The position numbers and the translations under genes are program-made. The notes below the pieces were generated by a model. The model saw only the letters and a list, made by a program, of their open reading frames with translations. It had not been told where the DNA came from and made no database searches. DNA of 63,314 nucleotides, counting the filler, from Nemertoderma westbladi (lineage: Eukaryota; Animalia; Xenacoelomorpha): NCBI GenBank assembly GCA_032718475.1. It is 3 parts of 3 records of this genome, joined end to end, with 100 filler letters (N's around TTAATTAATTAA, not from the genome) between each part and the next. Parts side by side here need not be neighbours in the genome. Positions count along the whole stretch, not along the records: positions 1 to 28,703 come from JAUCBJ010002697.1; 2 more parts are not named here. One strand, written 5' to 3'. The stretch's first letter is position 1. Each line of letters starts with the position of its first letter. This document shows, piece by piece, positions 1-10,821 of the stretch.

Positions 1-334
1 GTGTTGTGTTAAGAATCGATTATAGGATAGCGGTATGGAGGCAAATTATTCATATCAAGTTAATATTCTAGAATAATATTTATTTCGCCCATACCTGTAC
101 CGTAGAGCTGTAGCTAAAAACAAATATAGCTAGCTAAATACTGCCAGGCGTTTCATTAATAGATTTTTTAATCGTTTTTACAACGAACAATGCGGGATGT
201 GTAGATTAGCACTAGATGGAAATTATTTAGTTTTTTTGTCCAGTGATTTAGCTAGCTGGTAAAAATTCTAGAATTTTAAGGAGCATTTTTCAATAGTAGC
301 TACAGGGATGCAAGTAAAAGTTATTATACAGTTA

Positions 335-587
335 TTGGTTCCCCGAACACGCCTCTGCAACCTGCTCCTTTACTAACCTGCTCTATTAAATGGCAATGGA
401 ACCTAGCGCTATTTGGGACCTAACGCTATTTGGGACATAACGCTATTTGGGACCTAACGCTATTGTGGACCTAACGCTCTTTGGGACCTATCGCGACTTT
501 ACCTCTTTGTGTTGTACAGGTCCCATTGCCATTTAAAGGAGCAGGTTAGAAAATGAGCAGGTTACAGAGGCGTGTTCGGGGAACCAA
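335..587. mobile_element. Palindromic MITE-like unit: ~70-bp inverted arms around 17-bp tandem subrepeats (GGGACCTAACGCTATTT)
   Basis: TTGGTTCCCCGAACACGCCTCTG...AATGG (335-~400) is the reverse complement of CCATTGCC...CAGAGGCGTGTTCGGGGAACCAA (~520-587); no clear TSD. Confidence 0.6.
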
Positions 588-844
588 AACAATAAACGAA
601 AGTTAACACATGTTACAAGATTATGCAAGTTAATTAATTAGGCCATTTGTCTTTGTTTTGTACTCACCCCATATAACCACTCAATTAATTGTATTAATTT
701 ATAACTACAATTTATATTCAATAGGGGCGATCCTCGCAGAAGTAGATACGTGCACTTATGTTTGGGTTCTCGGCATCATGTCTCCCAGATTTGGTGAACC
801 ACAGCTTTCTTATTTTTATTCCACGCGGAGCACTTACAAATTGA
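520..844 (+). repeat. Dispersed repeat, near-identical to ~26437-26760
   Basis: Direct match from CCCATTGCCATTTAAAGG to CACTTACAAATTGA; the ORF track shows the same MYSPHITTQ... translation at 658 and 26574. Confidence 0.9.
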
Positions 845-1699
845 CATTTGATGGAATTATTGGGGCATTTTAGCACACCGCAATATTTTGTCGCACTTGA
901 CGAACCCCGCTCCATTACGTGAGCGTCTTTTGGCATTTGCGACCTTGTCAATAATTATCCTATATTTGCTATCTCTTTATTTGATGTATTTTAGTGGATA
1001 TATTATTTTTAGTATAAACGCGGCTACTGTCCGTATTTACTTCTAGTAGTAGGCCAATATATTTTGAGTTAGCTATTTAACTACAACTGAACTGCTCAAC
1101 ACATCAAATAATCGTAATATGGTTATATCAAAGTCTTTAAAGGGATAGAGGAGTATTTTGAGTGATTTTGTATCAATTCTGAAAGGTTGGTGACATCTGC
1201 CAGGAATTCCCCTTAACTCGAAAACTACTGGGGCTATTTAATTTTTATTTGTCTCATCTGAAAGAGGAGATAATTTGCGTTAGGACCGAGTACTTTCAAC
1301 GCGCTGGACCTGTTGTTTATGGGATTCTAACCAGGATAAATAACTGGCCCACTAAATTGAGGAGCTTTGCAACGGCTTGGCGGGTCGGGTCGTATAGTAG
1401 GCCTAAGACATGACCGCATTGATGTTTTGTAGCAGAGGAAGTGGTGGACAGATGGTCTCAACCGAGCTGACAAAAATTGTGTCCATTCACATTTCACTCG
1501 CTCCGTAGCGTCGGATAATTACTACCCCCCTCTCACTCCTCTACTAAAAAATATTTATTATTACAAAATGTATTTTTATTTTATCAAAAAAAATTTAACT
1601 GTAACCTGTTATTTAAATTTCCTTTATTATTTTGGTTATACTACTACGATTGGCATGCTGCATTGCAGCTGCATTATTACATATATATTAAGAATGCTG

Positions 1700-2040
1700 T
1701 GCCGGCTTGTCAACAAAATTGCACCGCCACAACTCCCTATCACCCATGACATTTGCTAGATCATCCGCATCTTCAAGGCCAGTGTCCTTTAAGAGGCGTC
1801 TCAAGAAAGTCATGGGCTGTCCAAGTGTCCACCATGCTTATTCACTCCATGAGGCCACCAAAGCACAAGATTATGCACTGACTGGTCCTCACGGCGAAAG
1901 CAATGTCCTGCAAAGCGGAGGCGGCTTTGTTCTAGTGTCAAGCTTGGGCTAACCAATGAGACACCTCCAATGTTATATAGTGTCTGGTTGGAGATGTGTG
2001 ATTTGTACTTGATACAGTGAACCCGCCGTAGCATTCTTTT
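1700..2040 (-). mobile_element. 3' end fragment of an RTE-like non-LTR retrotransposon
   Basis: MLRRVHCIKYKSHISNQTLY...SRLRFAGHCFRREDQ...LVLW is a typical post-RT C-terminus of RTE-type LINEs; homologous to 27797-27935. Confidence 0.75.
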
Positions 2041-3340
2041 GGTTATAATGACGTGCCATTGTACAAACCTGCCCTTTTCCCATATGTATGTAGTGATTTA
2101 TAATATATTTTTTTGTGATAATTAATTTTTTTAGTAATTTTCCTGTTGTTAACATTTGGTGAAAAATGATTATTGTTAGAAGGTCGGTAAATCACTGCCT
2201 TTTTATTTAGTATAATAAATGGCCACCAGCGAACGATTATTCTTGCAAACATTGAAATTTTGGTACAAATTTTAGATAATTTTATATAACTTTTTTTGAG
2301 AATTTGTATACAAGTTTTGCTAACAATAAATGGTGCTTTACTTACGGGGAACACTTCCCACTAATATCTGATAAACTTCTGTAGTAGACACCGGCGAACA
2401 GCGAAAAACGATTATAATAAATATTATCGGTCAAGTGAATGCTTGAGTATCATAACGATGACCATGGTGTGGTGTAACCATGGCGACCTTTACGAACGTT
2501 AATAAGTTAGAAAGGTCGCCTTGGGTGTAACCCAGCTCCGGTATTCTTTCTTAATCTTTTTAATTCTTTAAACCATGTCCCGGAAAATATGAATGTCGTA
2601 CATACAGTTAGTTCACGTAACTCAACTACCTATGAGACTCAGACAATTGTACAGGATGAAGAAAACGTTTTCTGGGAAACAGCAGACCACATGGCTTACC
2701 ATTACTCCCAATAGATAACTGTAGAGCTATACTTCACAATGAAATTAAAAGTTTTTATAATACGTGAAATATTTATCGAATAGGATGATCTACAAAACGA
2801 CATATGTTGTAACAATAATGAACATAATTCTAATAATGGTCTTCTATTGAAATTATGAGTTTTAGTTCTCTTTGGGCTGAACGTTTCATTTATAGATCTA
2901 GTCACATGGCGCATTATCTTATTATACAACATTCAATATGCCTCATAAATACGCTATCTACCCGAAAAAAAAAACAGTGCATTGTACAGAAACTGTACGG
3001 GTATGCAATAATACCTATATTCGAGGATACAGTAGTGTCTTGTCATATTTGAAAGGTACGTAAAGGAAAAAAAATAAGTGGCTTTATTAATTGTAAGTCA
3101 GTAATTTAATTATTGTTTACTTTCCAGTACGTCATTGATTGAATTCTTTACTGTTTTTGTGTCATAAGGACAACGGCCACTGTTATTCTATGCAATCAAG
3201 TTGGTATGCAATTGCTCAAACTCCTAAGTATCATTTCATCATCCCATGTCAGCACTGTTCCAACACGTTGCATTTGTGAGATCAGCATCATTTTATATTG
3301 CATCAATGTTCAATCCCTATATCTTATCATTGGTTACAGG

Positions 3341-3584
3341 ATGAAGTTATTTTTCCTGTTGGCGGTAGTCGTGGTACTGGCGACTTCAGTTGCGGCTAGA
3401 CACCACGCTCACAGAAAGGCGAAGATACCACCCCATCATGGACAGAATAAGGAGATAGGCTTAGTTAGATACCACGACGAAAAACCAAGTGTGAAGGACC
3501 TCGGCACTAACTTAGCTCTGCATAAACCCACAAAACAACAATCGACAGCAAAGAATGGGGGGAAATCAGAACTTGCTGTTGATG
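3341..3584 (+). CDS. Secreted F-type lectin/VWD/ShK mosaic protein, coding exon 1 (signal peptide, start of F-type lectin domain)
   Basis: Acceptor TTACAG|G just before ATG; MKLFFLLAVVVVLATSVAA signal peptide; NLALHKPTKQQST...AVDG fucolectin N-terminal motif; donor G|GTTAGT phase 1. Confidence 0.85.
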
Positions 3585-3640
3585 GTTAGTTGTCTGTTAG
3601 TTCGTGTTCTGTGTTATTTTGGGTCGTTGATTCGATTGGG

Positions 3641-3775
3641 GGACTTTAGTGCCCGCGAGACGTTAGTGCCCGCGGGCACTAACGTCTCAGGACTTTAGTG
3701 CCCGCGAGTCATTAGTGCCCGGGAACCATGTCTGCAAGTGAGACGTTAGTGCCCGCGAGTCATTAGTGCCCGCAC
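3641..3775. repeat. Cluster of TTAGTGCCCGCG subrepeats with a perfect 32-bp palindrome (3657-3688); probable transposon-end remnant
   Basis: GAGACGTTAGTGCCCG|CGGGCACTAACGTCTC plus further TTAGTGCCC copies. Confidence 0.7.
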
Positions 3776-4500
3776 CTCGCACTGAATTTGGAAGTTAGTA
3801 TAAGCCAATCCGTTTTTCTTCTTACTTATACCCAATTCAACCAAAGTCATCGACAACGGCCTCCTCCATTAACATACACCAATTTAATTAAGTCCCTAAT
3901 TTAATTAACCAAAAGCACTACTTTACATTTAATTCTTCGACAAAATGTCACACAGTCGACTGAGTATTTTTCTTGAAACCATTAATTCATTATAATATAT
4001 TAGTTAGTGCGTCCTCGGACGATTGTACTGCACCTTGTTTTTTTATTACACACTGTCTCCAGTAAAGTAAAACACATTAAACATACTCAATCAAAAGTAG
4101 GATATTTTATAAACAATCAAACTCTGTTGCTTAATCCTCATTCCTTGAAGACTTTACCGCAATGCCAAATAATATAAATGCTACCTTGTCTAGCTGAGGT
4201 TAATAAATTTTTTAATCATAAAAGATCCAAGTTGAAATCATGGGAAGAAAGTGATGCTAGCTGGTGACTGCAGCTGCGTCTTAATGAACTGTAGAAACAA
4301 TACCTCATATCGATGATTTATACCCATAACTAACGACATAGGCCTATAATGCTTTTCGTAATACATATTGTATTTCACTTCATATCCACTCTGACCCTTT
4401 TAATACACATATTTTTGTTATCGATTACAGTTTGCCCTACCTGGTTGTCTACAATACATTTTATTAAGTTGTGTAACGGTAATGTATTTCTGTTTTGTAG

Positions 4501-4773
4501 GTGATTGGTCTAGCGATTACGCTAAAGGTGGTTCGTGTACAGCAACCAAACCCAAAAACAAAAACCAGAAGTCCTGGTGGTATGTGAACCTCGAGGCGGA
4601 CGCTCCGAGTGTTGGGACGATTCTTATTGCTAGTCGCAGCGATTGCTGCCCAAAAAGAATACATGGTAACAAGGTTATCGTCAGCAGAAGAGATAAAGAT
4701 TTCCTAAAGCATGGAACCGTATGCGGTGTGTTGGAAAAGGACAGCCCCTGGTACGAAGTTCATTGCCCTGCCG
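4501..4773 (+). CDS. Mosaic protein exon 2 (F-type lectin core)
   Basis: TTTGTAG| acceptor phase 1; SCTAT, WWYVNL, RSDCCPKR, CG motifs; donor G|GTAAGT phase 1. Confidence 0.9.
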
Positions 4774-5635
4774 GTAAGTTTACCGTTGGTGATTCATGTA
4801 ACACGTCCTGCAGTATTTTATCCGTTTAATGATGATGGATCTACATTGTATACACCATATCCTGGAATATACTGTAGTGTCGTTATTCTGGTACCTGCCC
4901 CCCCCCCCCCCCACCCCCCCCCCCCTCAAATTTTTCTACAAATCGTAATGAGATTGCATGAAATTTGAAACAGAATTAGTTTCATTTCCCTCCTCCTTAG
5001 TGGGTTAGCTATAATTTTTATAGTAGGTGGTAGTTTTTTATACAGCAGTAGGGTTATGGTAGCCCCCCCCCCCCCCCCCCCCCCCCCAGCGGTCGACAAA
5101 TGAACTATATGAGTCTGTCTGTGTGTATAATTTATATTCTTTGTGTACCAAGTTTGGTTCAATTTCATCAAAGATTGACCGACTTATTAGCGTTCAAACA
5201 TGTTCGAGATTGACAACGACGACGGACGACGGTCTAATAATTATACACTAACTAATTGACATTTTTATATAATTGCTTGTAAGTTACAAGCAAAAATATG
5301 TGTTTCCTCAAACCAAAACCAATACCCAAAACCAATGGAAAGTCCAATGCCTCCCAAGGTCTTTAAGATCAGAGAATGCCTTGAACTAGTCCACCCTACC
5401 CGAATCTTTGTCGTCGCCTATAATACGGTTACGGGGTGCGTCTCTACTACAGTAGTTTAACTTAAATATTGCTTCATACAGAGAATAATATTCAATATAT
5501 TTAAATACACATTAAATTTAAATGATTTCGAGTGTTGTTTTATTTGGGAGTTTAAATTTAACACTATGCCTACAATTCTTGAAATTCATTAAACCGAACG
5601 TTGTTTCCAGACTTTTTGAGAAAGTAAGGTAGGAT

Positions 5636-5954
5636 TACCTGATAGTACAAATACCTGGTAGTACAAATACCTGGTAGTACAAATACCTGGTAGTACAAAT
5701 ACCTGGTAGTACAAATACCTGGTAGTACATACAAATACCTGGTAGTACAAATACCTGGTAGTACAAATACCTGGTAGTACAAATACCTGGTAGTACATAC
5801 AAATACCTGGTAGTACATACAAATACCTGGTAGTACATACAAATACCTGGTAGTACATACAAATACCTGGTAGTACAAATACCTGGTAGTACAAATACCT
5901 GGTAGTACAAATACCTGGTAGTACAAATACCTGGTAGTACAAATACCTGGTAGT
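5636..5954. repeat. 16-bp minisatellite (CAAATACCTGGTAGTA)n, ~19 units, some with an extra CATA
   Basis: Direct tandem periodicity. Confidence 0.95.
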
Positions 5955-7345
5955 AAGTGTAAAGTACAGTTTATTTGCATTGTAGTACTGAAATTGAATT
6001 GCTACTACTATATGCCTATAGTAAATCAATTAACTGTATCTCTGTGGTAGTTGGCAGTTCTTTTTACGAAAATACGACGAGATTTTCAGCTTTCTCATGG
6101 TATATACCACATCCGAAATCTTAAATATTTAATGTGAATCTGAATGTATTGAATATCATGTTTATATTGAATATCATTGCATGATCATAATCAAATCAGG
6201 GTCATTGTTTTCAGAAAGCAAATACAATTTTAGACAATAAATAATAAATAACAATAACAATAAATAATAATAACAATAAACAAACGTTATATTAATGGAG
6301 TTTTTCAATAATTATGATTATGATATTAAAAACGATTCCAAAAAATACATCGGATTAAAATGGCGGATAAATATTCACGTACAACGACATTATAATGGCG
6401 CTATGTCGGCTATTTCGTATCACTTCGGGGCTATACCATAAATACTATGTTATGGATGATATTATAGTTGGAAATGAAGGGGGACGATGACTAAAGAAAG
6501 AGAGTGCTTTAGTGCGCGAACGATCTTCGCATAAATCTACCGGACGTCCAATAATCTATTACTGTACAGTAGGCCAGGCCTACATATTGTCAAATCTTAA
6601 ACTGTTGTTAATTAGAGAAACTTTCCAAAATGACTTTAAGGCGACTTTTTTAGATTTTTTTAAATTAACTTTTCAATCATTTCATCATGTTTTAACGAAA
6701 AACAAACCCGCCCTCCGATCGATTCAGGACACATTGTTATTCCTTATTTAATTGCTTCTACAGTAGCCAAACAATACAGCCAAACCGCGCACCAACCCTA
6801 TTTCAGTACAGAGAATAATGCAAGTGAAATGTGTGGCATCAATGGATTATATTTACTTGGTACAGTAGTGGCTCGTATTAAGCCTGGCTATACGGATTTA
6901 CGTAACTACAGTATCTCACGGATATAATTTTAGGTACCCCTAATGAGATTAGTAAAGTTTAAAAAATGATAACGAGAAAGTAATTGACTATTGGCTTCAC
7001 AAAATTCAAGAAAATAGAAGCCGAAAGACTAGGCCTACTAGATATTTATATAAACGAGATTCCATTATTGAAATTAACTATAATGGCATGTAGTGTTAAG
7101 TAGTGATTTTTAGGCATAATATTTATTTTATATATTTATTTTATGGCGATTCTAATGAAATACAATATAATATTTAATTTTCAAATCGGCGTCCAATACG
7201 TCGTGAAATAAAGTAAACTCAATGATGGGCTATGTGATGCTATATATCACGGCATGAAATAAAGTAACAGTATTCTTTCAGTATGATATTTCAGTATGAT
7301 GCATAGGTCGTTACCGGTACCGTACCGCGTACCGGACCTGTATCA

Positions 7346-7959
7346 GGTACGTACTAAAAGGTAGAACGATCTATAACGGGCTATAACGATCTATAACGGG
7401 CTATAACTTTCTATAAACAAGCTATAACCACCTATAACGAACGAGCTATAATATGAAAATTTACGTTTACGTTTAAAAAAACGCCACTTATACCGCAGGT
7501 TAAAAATTAGGGTAGGCCTATCTGCCTATGCCTAATTGATACTGGTAAGTTTTTTTTATTGGCCTATATTGCTCACTATTCCTGTATTCTATATCGACCA
7601 GAAGCTGACAGCGGATAGCAGGATGGAGGATAGACAGAGAGATGGGAGACCTCTCCACTGCTGCACTGTCTGATAGTCAGATAATGTAGTAGTGGCATGC
7701 TGACTAATGCAGTAATGACTGATTTCGTGATACCACAAAGATGAAAAGCATTATGGACTAAAAAACCAAATTGTGTAATTAAATTACTGACTAGGAAAAT
7801 AAATCCATTCTAAAATATGTTTTTTTATTGTAAATTTTCAGATTATAGCTCGTTATAGGTGGTTATACAGTACTGTAGCAGTAGCTTGTTATAGGAAGTT
7901 ATAGATCGTTATAGATCATTATAGCCCGTTATAGATCGTTCTACCTTTTAGTACGAACC
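7346..7959. mobile_element. 614-bp non-autonomous TIR element, Mutator-like (9-bp TSD)
   Basis: TIR GGTACGTACTAAAAGGTAGAACGATCTATAAC... / ...GTTATAGATCGTTCTACCTTTTAGTACGAACC (~110 bp, with CTATAAC subrepeats); CCTGTATCA duplicated at 7337-7345 and 7960-7968. Confidence 0.85.
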
Positions 7960-8337
7960 CCTGTATCAATCCTTCTGTCGCTGCCTACAGCTAGTAGACT
8001 TACTTATTCAACCTGTAGACTGCACATTGTTACCGGTTGTTACCGGTATACCGGTACCGGTATAATATACGATTTCTAATTAATAAAACATCGAAACTTG
8101 AAAATAAAACGACATTTTTTTAAAGTACCTGTATTTCACATTCAGACTATCGTTTCATATTTCACTCCTTGGTGGAGATATTCCCACTCGAGCCGGCGTG
8201 AACTACAGTGCTACTTTATTTAGTTCGAATATATAGTTATTTTATTCATATAAAATAAAGTTAGACATGTTATATTCAAATTAATTTTATCTTAAATATT
8301 TTATACAGTAGTAAATAACATCTTATATATTCAACAG

Positions 8338-8613
8338 GAACCGAAGGTCATTATGTTGCTGTTGTCGACCCTAAAAAGAAGGTAATTATGTCACTGTGTG
8401 AGGTGGAAGTTTATCACAACGGGGCTCTAGAAGTTGAAGCAAAACCACCACACCCACCCCCACCGCCACATAAACATCATAAACACCACAAGAAGCCTCA
8501 TCCAGAGGATAAATGCGACAAAGTACCGAATAAATTGAAAGGGTGTAAAAAACCACCGAAGAATTGCAAGATGTGTCGAGTTACTGGAGACCCCCACTAC
8601 TACACCTACGACG
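8338..8613 (+). CDS. Mosaic protein exon 3 (end of F-type lectin, His/Pro/Lys linker, start of VWD with GDPH)
   Basis: TCAACAG| phase 1; GHYVAV...MSLCEVEVY; PPHPPPPPHKHHKHHKKPHP; CRVTGDPHYYTYDG; donor G|GTGAGT phase 1. Confidence 0.9.
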
Positions 8614-10452
8614 GTGAGTAAATTATACCTTACAGTGTTACTGTAGTATGGAGTATCTACTGTACTATCAATATGTGATAATTGAATGTACCGACATACT
8701 GACTCACAGGGGAAAGGTAAACACAACAGTCTTACCCCCCTTAAACTCAAACAATAAAGAATCAGGGCATTGAGCCCAAATTAGTAACTGAGACCCTAGG
8801 GCCATCAAAGGATACAAACAAAACAAGTAAAAAACACAAACAAAAAAAAAACATAATAACATGCTCCACATACAGGTATGTATCGCACCCTAACCCAAAC
8901 CTAACCGCCATACACTAAATGATACCGGTAATAAACTGCACGAAAGCTAAGCCTAAGAAAATATATGACAATTTTGTCGCCATGAAAGGGGTAGGTCTAG
9001 GGCAAAATTAATTAATTTGTGAAAAATATGGTTGCGTTTCGGTGTGTTGGACCAGTACGCGCTAATCCTCGACACCATCGTCAGTTAATATTTGTATGTG
9101 CATTTCCCTCCGGATAATGATAACATGGATGTATTAAGGGTGTGCCTATTGCTCAGACATGTACATATAAAGGTCGAGGTACTGTATAATAGGTAACATA
9201 GTTACTGTATAATGAATGCCTATCTTGCGCAACTTTATGTTAGCACCCCTTTAGTCACAAGACGAGGATCGCTGCCCTAACATTATTGGATAGCATAAGT
9301 ATCCAGGTCTCACTCCCGTATAAAAGTACACTTTACACTGTGGTTTGAAAGAACTTGGCCTTCAGTTACCTGGAAAGGTCTGTTTTCCAGGTGGTATCCA
9401 TTTTTTATCTGATTCTTCCATGCCTATGCTATCATAACTTTTACGTCTTTTCTGCTGCATAAAATGAACCTAACGCACTAAATCCAAGCTACTGTATAAC
9501 TCACATACTCAAACCAAGGCCGCACAAACCCAACCTATAATGCAAGTCCAAACTTTAAAGCACAAACTTATGTGTACGCGCTTTTGAAGACCTTTAGCAG
9601 TTTAACCTGCCAAAATTTATATGTCTTTTGGTTTACAAATAGACTTTAGAAGTTGACAAATATTTAATACCAATAAACACAACATTAGCAGAAGCCAGCC
9701 TAGTGCGCGTCCATTCACCCGCTGGATATACCCGGGAGACTGGATTCTGAGGGCTTAGATTATTATTGCAGTGTAAGCTTACTGTATTATTCGATTGATC
9801 GTTAATAAATAATTTCTGACTAATATTATTCACTTTCGGGAAATATTAACAGTTCCTTTAGGACGTGGCGCTCTATCTAGGTAAACAGAGATATGACTTA
9901 TACTAATCACAACGGCAAGTCGGTAAGGCTTATGATTCACGTATGAGGCGCATTCTTTAGGAAATGCTTAGTTATCAGTCACAATCAGGCACACTACCGG
10001 TAACACACAATACTGCTCACTAATTTGCCGACCGTCAATGAATTTTATCATATATAAAGAGAACAGCAACGGACTCATGTAGGGCTTATCAAATAGCATT
10101 AAATTCACTACAAACCACAATAATATAAGTCGCAATCGCTATATATAACCAGTCTCTCTAACCTGTAGTGTATCAAGAAAATTGGGAAATTTGGGTTCTT
10201 TATAAATATTCTCCAAATAATATTCAACCAAACAACAGTAAATAGCAGTATAATAATGTATGTTGAACCGATAATGTAAGACTGAATTGAGATAAGTTGA
10301 TATGATAACAGTTATACGCTCTATAATTTAAGCCTACTAATGTTTCTTCTAAAGTATGAAAAACGAGTTGACTCTAGAGCCGGTGTTCCTGGCCTAGATA
10401 GAAACAACACAACAGTAACAAGAAAAAACAGTAAGACTGAACACTCCTAGTA

Positions 10453-10743
10453 TGATCGGCCGAATATCTCCACATCGACAGAAAAAATCGCTCTGATTGG
10501 CTTAAGCTAAACAAAGAACCATGTGTCCAATGGCCGTTTCCATGTCAGCAACCAGCTGTTAGATGTCGTAATCTGAATCATCAAGGCTAAGCTGTGTAAG
10601 GGTATTTGGTGCATTGCGGGTTTTTTGCCTTACCATGTCCGCCAAAGCACGTATATAGAAGAATGACTTTTATGTCCGTTAAAACACCTATAACGGTACC
10701 TTGCGGGCGAGGGGGACTGAGTATATCCGCAAAAGCTTTTACA
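10453..10743 (-). repeat. 3' LTR, portion shared with the truncated 5' LTR (full LTR may extend to 9573)
   Basis: No mismatch seen by eye versus 16435-16725; begins TG on the - strand directly after the purine tract. Confidence 0.85.
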
Positions 10744-10751
10744 CCGCTCCC
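10744..10751 (-). other. Polypurine tract
   Basis: GGGAGCGG abutting the TGTAAAAG LTR start on the - strand. Confidence 0.6.
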
Positions 10752-10821
10752 AGAAAATGGGATTCAAGTTTATAAATATACAAAAATCACAGTTTCTAAT
10801 ATATGTAAATACTCTAAACAG

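Noticed and set aside
5570-6029. Repetitive ORFs in three frames
   Set aside because: Translation of a stop-free 16-bp minisatellite strand
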